A program made the translations under genes and the position numbers. Below are positions 6,816-15,227 of a DNA stretch of 64,000 bases, one piece after another (the stretch's first letter is position 1; the number at the start of each line of letters is the position of its first letter). A model generated the notes under the pieces. It did not search any database, had not been told where the DNA came from, and saw only the letters and a list, made by a program, of their open reading frames with translations. Source of the DNA: a virus (taxonomy: Duplodnaviria; Caudoviricetes); IMG/VR virus record IMGVR_UViG_3300033069_000690, positions 1 to 64,000 of that record; one strand, written 5' to 3'.

Positions 6816-7139
6816 GGGGCTAAATTGGAATCGACTGGAGTTGATGTAGTAATCTCGCATGTAGAGCAAGTTTGGAGCCTCTTAAAACCTCTATTCATCT
6901 TCGAAATGACAATGATCTTTCAACAACAACGTTTGCTGATGTAATGGCTTCTATTGAAGCTAACACAGCTGAACCAGTTCTTATTGCTGCCTAATAAGTG
7001 TCTGTGTGGACATTAAACACACTGGTGGAGGTCTGGAAAGACCCTAATAGTACGAGTGAAATGGTGGTAATCCACTAAACATGTAATCCGAGGTTACAAC
7101 ACGATTAGCAGCACGTGGGTTCGAAACCCACTAGCTCCA
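6816..7139 (+). ncRNA. ssrA: tmRNA (transfer-messenger RNA); tag (A)DNDLSTTTFADVMASIEANTAEPVLIAA**
   Basis: 5' GGGGCTA...GGAATCGAC; 3' T-arm GTGGG-TTCGAAA-CCCAC and acceptor TAGCTCC-A with the G3:U70 alanine identity pair; internal frame 6908-6991 ends LIAA TAA TAA; CCA is not fully encoded. Confidence 0.93.
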
Positions 7140-7157
7140 CAATTAAAACATTTAACA

Positions 7158-7535
7158 ATGGTAGAAATTAAAGAATTACTAGGTAAAGTTATTACTAAAA
7201 TTGATCAAAGTAATAACGAATTAACCTTTCTTATTGAAGATGGTACTAAGTACAAAATGTACCATGAACAAGATTGTTGCGAAGATGTAACAATCGAAGA
7301 TATAAATGGTGACTTAGAAGATCTAATAGGATCTCCAATATTACAAGCTGAAGAAGTTTCAGACTACAAACCTATCCTAGAGGAAGATGTTAAGAAAACA
7401 AATGAAATCTTAGAATGGGGTTCTTGTACTTGGACTTTTTATAAGTTAGCTACAATTAAAGGTTATGTAACCATTCGTTGGTTTGGGGAATCAAATGGCT
7501 ATTATTCTGAATCAGTAACTTTTGCAAAAGTATAA
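7158..7535 (+). CDS. conserved phage hypothetical protein (YHEQDCCEDV motif)
   Basis: 125-aa ORF with a motif common in large phages. Confidence 0.8.
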   Translation: MVEIKELLGKVITKIDQSNNELTFLIEDGTKYKMYHEQDCCEDVTIEDINGDLEDLIGSPILQAEEVSDYKPILEEDVKKTNEILEWGSCTWTFYKLATIKGYVTIRWFGESNGYYSESVTFAKV

Positions 7536-7538
7536 CAC

Positions 7539-7739
7539 ATGAGAATATTTGAAAAAGTACAACTAATAGATGGTGGTCCTAATGATAGAGGTAAAGTAAT
7601 AGGTTATGTGAGTACTAAACACATGACTGCTGAGCCTAAATCAAATGATGGTTTTATAGTCTTCAGAGAAATCTCCATCAGAGAGTATAACAAACGTAAA
7701 AACGAAGCTCTTAGAGCTCTAGACCTATTCATAATATGA
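7539..7739 (+). CDS. hypothetical protein
   Basis: 66 aa, tightly packed in the operon. Confidence 0.65.
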   Translation: MRIFEKVQLIDGGPNDRGKVIGYVSTKHMTAEPKSNDGFIVFREISIREYNKRKNEALRALDLFII

Positions 7740-8302
7740 AACCATTAGAATTAACAGAAGAGCATAGATCTAAGCTATTAGAGATGTGCAAGGAATTGTT
7801 TCCTAATTATGATTTTATGATTAGAGATTTTGTAGAAAAGAATCCTAGTATCAGTCTTGGAAAGAAATCTAAAAAACTCTATGAATGTCATATCCATTGG
7901 TACGAGTTCTGTATTGAACACTTATCCAAAAAAATATATACAATTGATAACCAAGTAATGTCTGGTTATGAGTATTTTGTAAATAATTTTAGGTATAAAA
8001 AAGAACACCCAGTAGATTATCTATATGCAGACTACAAAAAGCGAGTTCAAATTTCTCCTATCATGAAGACTCTATTAGAGATCATTAAGGATAAGTTTGG
8101 AGTTAGTGTTAATATCACTCCTCAATCTACTATCCAAGATGATTGCGGATTAGATTCTCTGGATCAAGTTGAGCTTATTATGGAACTCGAAGTTAGGTAT
8201 AAAATTTCTATACCTGATGAAGATGTAAATATAAAGTTCAATCACCTATCTACATTACAAGATGTAGAAAACTATTTAATTTCAAGAAATGTTACAAAAT
8301 AA
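7736..8302 (+). CDS. two-domain protein: unknown N-terminal domain plus C-terminal acyl carrier protein (ACP) domain
   Basis: Residues 110-188 are ACP-sized and acidic, with GLDSLDQVELIMELE...ISIPDED; phosphopantetheine site Ser141 (8156-8158). Confidence 0.85.
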   Translation: MKPLELTEEHRSKLLEMCKELFPNYDFMIRDFVEKNPSISLGKKSKKLYECHIHWYEFCIEHLSKKIYTIDNQVMSGYEYFVNNFRYKKEHPVDYLYADYKKRVQISPIMKTLLEIIKDKFGVSVNITPQSTIQDDCGLDSLDQVELIMELEVRYKISIPDEDVNIKFNHLSTLQDVENYLISRNVTK

Positions 8303-8699
8303 CATCACTCTACTTGAGTTAATTGCCATTTTATTTATTCATTGGGTAGCTGATTTTGTACTTCAAACAGATTATCAAGCTAAGAATAAGAGTAAGAGCT
8401 TAAAAGCTTTATTAAGCCATACCACAGTATATAGCTTATGTACTGGTCTTTATTACTTTGCATTTTTTCCTACATCATTTCATTTACCTAATATCACTCA
8501 ATGTGATCCGGGATATCTAAATATTATAATGTTTACTCTTATAACATTTGGATGTCACACTATTACTGATTACCTAACTAGTAGGTTAAATACCTATCTA
8601 TGGGATAAGGGAGATGTACATAACTTCTTTGTATCTGTAGGATTTGATCAGTACTTACATTACCTTCAATTGCTTATCACTTACTCGTTATTAAGATGA
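8289..8699 (+). CDS. DUF3307-family membrane protein
   Basis: HWVADFVLQT, HTTVY, HTITD and DQYLH motifs with TM segments. Confidence 0.8.
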   Translation: MLQNNITLLELIAILFIHWVADFVLQTDYQAKNKSKSLKALLSHTTVYSLCTGLYYFAFFPTSFHLPNITQCDPGYLNIIMFTLITFGCHTITDYLTSRLNTYLWDKGDVHNFFVSVGFDQYLHYLQLLITYSLLR

Positions 8700-9640
8700 A
8701 AACATTAAATTTAGTAGATCCTGATAATTCTAATGTAAGGTATATTATCCAAAATATGCCTGATGGTCAACATAATGTTGTTATTAAAGAAGAAGACTAC
8801 TATTCTCTTGACTTATTAGAAGGGCAGTATATTCAAATCAAATCCCGTCTAAACAACTGGATAGATCTTGAAATTATCATCTGTGCTGTAGCCTCATTAC
8901 GTGAGCTAGGTGTAGAAGAAATTCATTTATACGTTCCTTACATATTAGGAGCTCGTAGTGACCGTAAATTCGAAGAGGGTGGTAATAACTACCTACGCGA
9001 TGTTATTTGTCCTATAATTAACTCTATGGGCTTTAAAACAGTAACTTGTATTGACCCACATAGTGATTGTTTAGAAATGGGTATTAGAGGATTTAGAAAG
9101 CAATCTAATTTAGCATTAATTAAATTTGCTTTAAATCGTTTGTACCCTAAAATTATTCCTAAACAAGATACTAAACCAACAGATTTTATATTAGTATCAC
9201 CAGATGCAGGTGCAAGTAAGAAAATCTACAAACTAGCCGAACAAATAGGTTATAAAGGAGATATTATTACTTGTAGTAAAGAAAGAGATGCTGAAGGTAA
9301 GCTGACTAAAACTGTATTTCCTTTTGAAACTCATAAATACAATGGTGAAGACTTCATTATCATTGATGATATTTGTGATGGGGGAGCCACTTTCATTAAT
9401 ATCGCACGAAGAATTAAAGATTGTTTTGCTATTCGAGGAGCCAATCAAAACATTAAACCAGGTAAAATCTACCTCATAGTAACTCATAGTGTATTCTCTA
9501 AAGGATTTAATGAGTTAAGTAAGTACTTTGATGGTATTTACTGTACTAATAGTTATTCAGAAACTAGACCAGCTAATATACTGGATAGTACTGAAACTAT
9601 CACCGCTTTGAAGAAAGTAAAACAACTAAATGTCTTTTAG
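8696..9640 (+). CDS. prs: ribose-phosphate pyrophosphokinase-like protein (probable Adps of an NARP1-type pathway)
   Basis: PYILGARSDR, DPHSD, VSPDAGA and IIIDDICDGGATF (PRT motif). Confidence 0.9.
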   Translation: MKTLNLVDPDNSNVRYIIQNMPDGQHNVVIKEEDYYSLDLLEGQYIQIKSRLNNWIDLEIIICAVASLRELGVEEIHLYVPYILGARSDRKFEEGGNNYLRDVICPIINSMGFKTVTCIDPHSDCLEMGIRGFRKQSNLALIKFALNRLYPKIIPKQDTKPTDFILVSPDAGASKKIYKLAEQIGYKGDIITCSKERDAEGKLTKTVFPFETHKYNGEDFIIIDDICDGGATFINIARRIKDCFAIRGANQNIKPGKIYLIVTHSVFSKGFNELSKYFDGIYCTNSYSETRPANILDSTETITALKKVKQLNVF

Positions 9641-9905
9641 TATGAAAATCAGACTAATTAAACAAGAAACACTAAAAAGTGCTCCATATCCTCAAGAGGA
9701 TAAATACCCTTCTAAAACAACAGTAAGAGAGGGTTATATGTTTGCTCATACTAAACCTAGAGTAGGATATCCTTTTGTAGTTTACGCTTCTAAATTAGCT
9801 CCTATATTTCATACATCAAATGTACAGAAAATAGAACATTTAGATGCTCTTACGATGACTCTGACTACCACAAATAGTGTATACCAATTACAAATACTAG
9901 AATGA
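9630..9905 (+). CDS. hypothetical protein
   Basis: 91 aa, overlaps both neighbours. Confidence 0.7.
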   Translation: MSFSMKIRLIKQETLKSAPYPQEDKYPSKTTVREGYMFAHTKPRVGYPFVVYASKLAPIFHTSNVQKIEHLDALTMTLTTTNSVYQLQILE

Positions 9906-10360
9906 GCATAGCAGGTGATATAGTAGAAGAATTTTATTACAATCGCATGAGAAAATATATTGACCGCTTAGTTGCGGAATGGCGACAACATGAAAATATC
10001 ATTATAGGAGTAGATTATGATGATACTATCTATCCTTATCGTGAGGGATTCACTAACATTCAAGATGTTATAGATACACTAAAAGAGGCTCATAAACATG
10101 GAGCAGTATTAGTTATCTTTACAGCATCTAAAGAAGAGCGTTATCCTGAGATTGAGGAATACTGTAAAGGAGTAGGTCTTGAAATAGCTGGTATTAATAC
10201 TAGCATTATCTCACCATTTGGTGATAACAGAAAGATCTATGCTAATATCTATCTTGATGACAGATCAGGATTGAATGAGTCGCTTGAAATACTCAAAGCG
10301 GCTATATACTCCATTAAAGGAGACCAAAACACTAAATCAACATTACAACAAGCATTCTAA
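9902..10360 (+). CDS. HAD-superfamily hydrolase
   Basis: Motif I GVDYDDT, motif II FTAS and motif IV YLDDR. Confidence 0.8.
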   Translation: MSIAGDIVEEFYYNRMRKYIDRLVAEWRQHENIIIGVDYDDTIYPYREGFTNIQDVIDTLKEAHKHGAVLVIFTASKEERYPEIEEYCKGVGLEIAGINTSIISPFGDNRKIYANIYLDDRSGLNESLEILKAAIYSIKGDQNTKSTLQQAF

Positions 10361-10932
10361 TGGCAACAGCAACCAAAAAAACAGTAACTCGTAGAATACC
10401 AAAAGCAAGCATTCAGCCTGCTCCAGCTGCTAAAGTTAATACAGTAGTAAACAAGAAATTCCCTCCTAGCTCTACTGAAAATTTTTTTACAGCAGAAATA
10501 AATAATAGAGATTTTAGTATTGGGGGTATAGAAAAAATTATGCCTACTATCATAGATAGTAATGATGACTTTCAATTACCTACTGATGATGATTCCTATG
10601 AGATAAGCATTAATCAAGGAAAAGGAAATAAGTTTAGAGAGATTTCAATGTTTGTAGACGGATTCCCCCATTGTTGCGGAATTTGTGTAATAGGAAGTTT
10701 TAATTTCGGAACTTCTCAATGGTCTAAGGAAGAAGTTCGTACTATCTTAGATGGTATAGTTACTTCTAAAGAAACAAGGGGAATAACCTTACAAATTACA
10801 ACAGCTCAAGGAAGAACTTGTAAAGTAGTAGCTGCTGCCTTAGCTACATCTTCTTGCTGGACAGCAGTAAAAACATTTAAAAACAAAAACTCAGGTAACG
10901 AAGTTACCATTTGGGTTTCAAATAACGAATAA
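10360..10932 (+). CDS. hypothetical protein with a Lys/Pro/Ala-rich leader; paralogue of 15839 and 18907 (possible GNAT-like fold)
   Basis: VDGFPHCCGICVIGSF and FKNKNSGN motifs are shared with the paralogues. Confidence 0.75.
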   Translation: MATATKKTVTRRIPKASIQPAPAAKVNTVVNKKFPPSSTENFFTAEINNRDFSIGGIEKIMPTIIDSNDDFQLPTDDDSYEISINQGKGNKFREISMFVDGFPHCCGICVIGSFNFGTSQWSKEEVRTILDGIVTSKETRGITLQITTAQGRTCKVVAAALATSSCWTAVKTFKNKNSGNEVTIWVSNNE

Positions 10933-10933
10933 C

Positions 10934-12532
10934 ATGGGGTTCAAAGTAAATAGTCTTTACCTTACAGATGGTTATAAGGTAGGACACAAAGCAATGTTAG
11001 CTCCAGGTACAACTCGTTTATATGGTACTTGGATACCTAGAAGTACTAAACATGCACCAAAAGGTGTGACTAAGATAGTATCCTTTGGTCAACAATTAGT
11101 TTGGAAATGGTTACATGATGAGTTTGAAGAGAATTTCTTTTTTACTAAACAAAGAAATATTGATTTTAATCATAAACATGCTAATCAAGAATTAAATAAA
11201 GCATTAAAAAATCAAGCACTTCAATTTGTTAAAGATATGTCTTTATACTTAGGTATGGAGTATGATGGTAAACACTTCGAAGAGCTATGGGATTTAGGTT
11301 ACTTACCTATCAAAGTAAAAGCCTTACCTGAAGGTATTGAAACTCTTCCTAACATTCCTCATATGACTTTTGTAAACACAGTTGATGGGTTTGCATGGCT
11401 TACTCTGTACCTTGAAACAATAGTTAGTAGCTTAGCTTGGAAACCAAGTACAGCAGCTACTATTGCTAAATTGTATCGTAGACAAGCTGAGGAATGGGTA
11501 GCTAAAACTGATCCTGCTAATATGTGGTTAATTGACTGGATGTGTCATGATTTCTCTGCTAGAGGATTAGATCCAATGAGTCAATATCTTATTGGTTTAG
11601 GACATGCTACTAGCTTCAAAGGGAGTGATACATTACCTGTAATCCCGGCTTCTCGTTATTTCTATGGAGTAGGTGAGAACGAAATGCCCATTGGATCAGT
11701 TAATGCTTCAGAACACTCTGTAAGCACTACCAAGATCTTCACAGTAGGCGAACAGCAAATGATTGCTGATTGGTTAAAGATCTTCCCTAAAGGAATCTTA
11801 TCAATCGTATCAGACACGTTTGACTTGTGGAAACTGATTACTGAATATTTACCTGCAAATAAAGAAGCTATTATGGCTCGTGAGGGTAAGCTAGTAATTA
11901 GACCTGATAGTGGAGATCCTGTAGATATTATTTGTGGTTTAAATTCTAAATCTATTTCTAATAGACCTAATGTTCAAAATAGAGCAGAATATAAAGGAGT
12001 AATAGAACTTCTTTGGGATATATTTGGGGGTACTATTAATGAACAAGGTTATAAAGTATTAGACCCTCATATTGGTGCAATCTATGGTGATTCTATCACT
12101 CCTGAACGTCAAGTACAAATCTATCGAAGATTAGCAGCTAAAGGCTTTGCAGCTACTAATATTGTATTAGGCGTAGGTTCATTTACTTACCAATACAATA
12201 CCCGTGATACCTTAGGATTTGCAGCTAAAGGTGCTTGGTTTGAGGTATTAGAATGTAAATGTACTCTAGGATTAGCAAACGGTTGTCAAAATGAGAACTG
12301 TAGAAAAGCTTACAACATCTACAAAGACCCAGTAACAGATGATGGTACTAAAAAATCATTAAAAGGGTTATTACAAGTTGAAGAACACATTTCAGGTAAT
12401 ATACTAGTATTTGAAGAGGCAACTCCTGAAATGGAATCAAGAGGGATACTTCAATTAATCTACGAAGATGGTAAGTTCTATAACTTTACTCATCTTGAAC
12501 AAGTTCGTGAACGTTTAAAACAAACAGTATGA
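10934..12532 (+). CDS. nadV: nicotinamide phosphoribosyltransferase-like protein (NadV/Nampt; probable Namat of NARP1)
   Basis: TDGYKVGH, HDFSARG, ASEHSV, SIVSDTFD, VIRPDSGDP, IYGDSIT and KSLKG motifs. Confidence 0.92.
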   Translation: MGFKVNSLYLTDGYKVGHKAMLAPGTTRLYGTWIPRSTKHAPKGVTKIVSFGQQLVWKWLHDEFEENFFFTKQRNIDFNHKHANQELNKALKNQALQFVKDMSLYLGMEYDGKHFEELWDLGYLPIKVKALPEGIETLPNIPHMTFVNTVDGFAWLTLYLETIVSSLAWKPSTAATIAKLYRRQAEEWVAKTDPANMWLIDWMCHDFSARGLDPMSQYLIGLGHATSFKGSDTLPVIPASRYFYGVGENEMPIGSVNASEHSVSTTKIFTVGEQQMIADWLKIFPKGILSIVSDTFDLWKLITEYLPANKEAIMAREGKLVIRPDSGDPVDIICGLNSKSISNRPNVQNRAEYKGVIELLWDIFGGTINEQGYKVLDPHIGAIYGDSITPERQVQIYRRLAAKGFAATNIVLGVGSFTYQYNTRDTLGFAAKGAWFEVLECKCTLGLANGCQNENCRKAYNIYKDPVTDDGTKKSLKGLLQVEEHISGNILVFEEATPEMESRGILQLIYEDGKFYNFTHLEQVRERLKQTV

Positions 12533-12595
12533 AAAAATTATTATTTATCTTAATAAGTACACTAAAGGCGCATTAATAGATAAACAAAAACTTCG

Positions 12596-12799
12596 ATGAC
12601 TACAATCGTAAAATGTACTTGTAAATCAGCATTCCAGGATGATCTCTATGGTAAAGGAAACCGTGTGCATAACATTGGTGGAAAAGACCCTAAGAAAGCA
12701 CCTAGACTATACTGCACAGTGTGCAGCCCATCGCGTAGATTAGCTCGTATAGACGCAGCTAAAGTGTTAGATGGAAACAGACTTAGTTCGGCTAAGTAA
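12596..12799 (+). CDS. small Cys-rich, probably zinc-binding phage protein
   Basis: CTC...FQDDLYGKGNRVHN...CTVC. Confidence 0.75.
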   Translation: MTTIVKCTCKSAFQDDLYGKGNRVHNIGGKDPKKAPRLYCTVCSPSRRLARIDAAKVLDGNRLSSAK

Positions 12800-12814
12800 C
12801 CAGAGTTAGCCCTT

Positions 12815-12916
12815 GGAAGTGGGGTTACGTTCTTTATGATGACCATTATCACTACTAAAAACAGAGGTTTTTATTGCGATTGGACAAAAATGGTCAAAGA
12901 GGGAGCTTCCACTTCC
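12815..12916 (+). ncRNA. candidate ~100-nt rod-like structured RNA or leader
   Basis: Nested GGAAGTGG/CCACTTCC, TGACCATT/AATGGTCA and AAAAAC/GTTTTT stems. Confidence 0.4.
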
Positions 12917-12949
12917 TCTTTAAAATTACTCACTACTTAAAAACAACTT

Positions 12950-13237
12950 ATGGAAAAAGTAACCAATTACTTCAGAATAATTTTGGTGTTCTTCACATCA
13001 TTCTTATTAACATTCATCTGCTTCACTGTTCTAACAGCAGTTGTAACAGCATTTGCAGGTATCCTACTATTTGAAGTAATGAAGGAGATGTACTCATTGT
13101 ACACAATCATTACATTAGTAATTAGCATTCTTGTGTCCTATAAATATGCAACGCATTCTCATATAATTGAACCTTTAGAATTATTTACTCATGAAGAAAC
13201 TCCTTCTCTTCCTCCTCGTAATCACGAGTCTAACTAG
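12950..13237 (+). CDS. membrane protein
   Basis: 95 aa, two TM segments. Confidence 0.7.
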   Translation: MEKVTNYFRIILVFFTSFLLTFICFTVLTAVVTAFAGILLFEVMKEMYSLYTIITLVISILVSYKYATHSHIIEPLELFTHEETPSLPPRNHESN

Positions 13238-13249
13238 TTGTTATGTTGA

Positions 13250-13331
13250 GCAATCACCTCGTAGAGAATATGATTGCTGGAAACACCGTACTAGAGTACA
13301 AAAGCAATTAAAACGGGATTTCGCTGATCCC
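13250..13331 (+). other. intergenic hairpin cluster
   Basis: GCAATCA/TGATTGC, GTAC-TAGA-GTAC and GGGAT/ATCCC stems. Confidence 0.35.
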
Positions 13332-13373
13332 ACATTCAGATAAACTATTATTAACCCTTAAAAACAAGTAACT

Positions 13374-13787
13374 ATGAAAAATCTCATTAGTTCTTTGCTG
13401 CTACTCATCATGTGTAGTACAGCGGTCGTGGAGGCTAGTTCCCCACCAGTATTAACTTTAGCGGTTAGCGATCACCAGGTGGTCTCTCCGTACCAGCAGG
13501 AATTATTCACTCCTGTCGTATTAGAGAATACAATTATTGAAATGCCGGTTATCCCTTACCTTACAGGGGAAAGTGCTGTAGCTTACAGCGTTAGTAAAGC
13601 TGTGCTAAATGACATGCGTCATTACTATGCACAATTAGATAATAGTACAAAAGCTTCTTATAAGGAATTAGCTCCTAATAGGCAGTTGAAGTATGACTAT
13701 ATCAATGTAGAAGAAGAATTAAATAGTGCAATTAGTACAGTAGGTAGCCGGGCTAAACGAGTAACGTTTCGAATACGTCAGCTATAA
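13374..13787 (+). CDS. exported protein (signal peptide)
   Basis: MKNLISSLLLLIMCSTAVVEA-S signal-peptide pattern. Confidence 0.7.
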   Translation: MKNLISSLLLLIMCSTAVVEASSPPVLTLAVSDHQVVSPYQQELFTPVVLENTIIEMPVIPYLTGESAVAYSVSKAVLNDMRHYYAQLDNSTKASYKELAPNRQLKYDYINVEEELNSAISTVGSRAKRVTFRIRQL

Positions 13788-13815
13788 TCAACCCAATGGT
13801 TATTAGTTGAATATC

Positions 13816-13889
13816 GCCTCTAGTAGCTTAAGTGGTAGAGCGTCTGTCCTGGTGACGGCGAGGTGGGGGTTCGAATCCCCTCTAGAGGC
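13816..13889 (+). tRNA. atypical tRNA: His-type 8-bp acceptor (G-1:C73) with non-canonical loop CCTGGTG (UGG register)
   Basis: GCCTCTAG/CTAGAGGC, D-arm GCTT-AAGTGGTA-GAGC, T-arm GGGGG-TTCGAAT-CCCCT, canonical spacing; C33 and U37 are abnormal. Confidence 0.8.
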
Positions 13890-13925
13890 ACTAAGATTAG
13901 TGTTATTAATTTAAACCAAGTAGTA

Positions 13926-14183
13926 ATGAGAACAACCACCTCAGCTCATACTGATCACTATGGTCAGTTTCCAGTTCTTTCAGAAAAGAAAGACAACAAA
14001 GGTAGAGTTATTGTACAAGAAGGTACATTAGCTGCAAATCGTGTTATACTCCCTAAGGGGCGTTCTGTGTGCGTGATGACCACTAAGACCACAGATGAGA
14101 GAATCGCTCTTAAACAGGCTAAAAAGGACTTTAAACGTAATCCTTTAGTCCTAGGAGTACATTCATCTAATAAATTATCGTGA
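13926..14183 (+). CDS. basic hypothetical protein (start moved to ATG 13926; the GTG at 13863 lies inside the tRNA)
   Basis: In-frame ATG downstream of the tRNA. Confidence 0.65.
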   Translation: MRTTTSAHTDHYGQFPVLSEKKDNKGRVIVQEGTLAANRVILPKGRSVCVMTTKTTDERIALKQAKKDFKRNPLVLGVHSSNKLS

Positions 14184-14533
14184 TGAAGATCGTAAATGGC
14201 ATTATAAGACTAGTCTTAGCCATTTTAGCAATGATTGGGGCTACAAACATGGGGTATAAATACTTACCTGAAAATCTTGTAGACGGTATCAATGTCGTAT
14301 TTTGTATCATAATCATTTTGATGGCTATGGGCTCATTCTTAATTGATGAAGATGAGAAAGAAGCTTTGGATAGGGAGATAACTGATATCTACTCTATGGG
14401 ACTAAGTAGTAAACCCTACAAATTTAAGTCCACTAAGTTCAAAGCACCAGAAGTAAAAACACCAGCGAAAGTAATAGAATTTTCAACAACAGAGAGAAAT
14501 GAGCTACCAAAAGAAACGTCAAAACCTGTTTAA
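14180..14533 (+). CDS. membrane protein
   Basis: Two N-terminal TM segments. Confidence 0.7.
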   Translation: MMKIVNGIIRLVLAILAMIGATNMGYKYLPENLVDGINVVFCIIIILMAMGSFLIDEDEKEALDREITDIYSMGLSSKPYKFKSTKFKAPEVKTPAKVIEFSTTERNELPKETSKPV

Positions 14534-14786
14534 ACTTTACAAAAAGTACGCAGATCAAACAAAACAGTTGAATAACTTGTTTTCATGGAAACAGTTTTAC
14601 AACCAAGGAGTTGAAAAAATAGATTCCTTCCGTTCTTCTAACAAAACAGAACAGGACTTGTACGATAAGTACCATCCTGAAGAAAAGAGATATCTACGCT
14701 CTAACAAGTGTCAAGAACAGATTGATGCTTTAAAAGTAGAAATTGAACTAACCAAACAACAAATCCACGAATTAAAAGAAGCCTAA
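14499..14786 (+). CDS. hypothetical coiled-coil protein
   Basis: 95-aa ORF. Confidence 0.7.
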   Translation: MSYQKKRQNLFKLYKKYADQTKQLNNLFSWKQFYNQGVEKIDSFRSSNKTEQDLYDKYHPEEKRYLRSNKCQEQIDALKVEIELTKQQIHELKEA

Positions 14787-14792
14787 TCACGT

Positions 14793-15173
14793 ATGGAAAC
14801 CACATCAACATTTAATGTGAAAGAACACTCACAAACCGCTATTAATGCTGTATTTGAATTTGAACGCCGTAGCAAACGCTGGGGTAAAACAAATCCAAAA
14901 GCAGTAGCTGATCTTACATTAGAAGAGCTCAAGAAAGCTCTCAAGTTAGTAAAGAACAATTATAAAGGTAAGGCTCATACTTACTGGTATTTCCCATTGA
15001 TGCTTGAATTAAAGTACCGTACTGCTTTGGGAGTTAGTGCTACTTCTAATTTGAAGGGTACAACAAAAGATATCTTATTATCCTCTTCCTTAGAAGATGC
15101 TATGAAAGATACAGATAACCTAGTTGATGGTCTACAAAACCAAGAAGCAACTAGAGCAGAAACTTCGATTTAG
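14793..15173 (+). CDS. hypothetical protein
   Basis: 126-aa ORF. Confidence 0.7.
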   Translation: METTSTFNVKEHSQTAINAVFEFERRSKRWGKTNPKAVADLTLEELKKALKLVKNNYKGKAHTYWYFPLMLELKYRTALGVSATSNLKGTTKDILLSSSLEDAMKDTDNLVDGLQNQEATRAETSI

Positions 15174-15180
15174 TAACCCA

Positions 15181-15213
15181 GGGGCTTGAGTGCTTTTTAC
15201 TCTTTCAAGCCCC
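15181..15213 (+). terminator. strong hairpin, terminator-like
   Basis: GGGGCTTGA/TCAAGCCCC 9-bp stem followed by TTATTT. Confidence 0.55.
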
Positions 15214-15227
15214 TTATTTAACTCCTT

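Noticed and set aside
12529-12576. 15-codon ORF MKKLLFILISTLKAH
   Set aside because: Too short to support; it looks like the stub of a lost signal-peptide gene.
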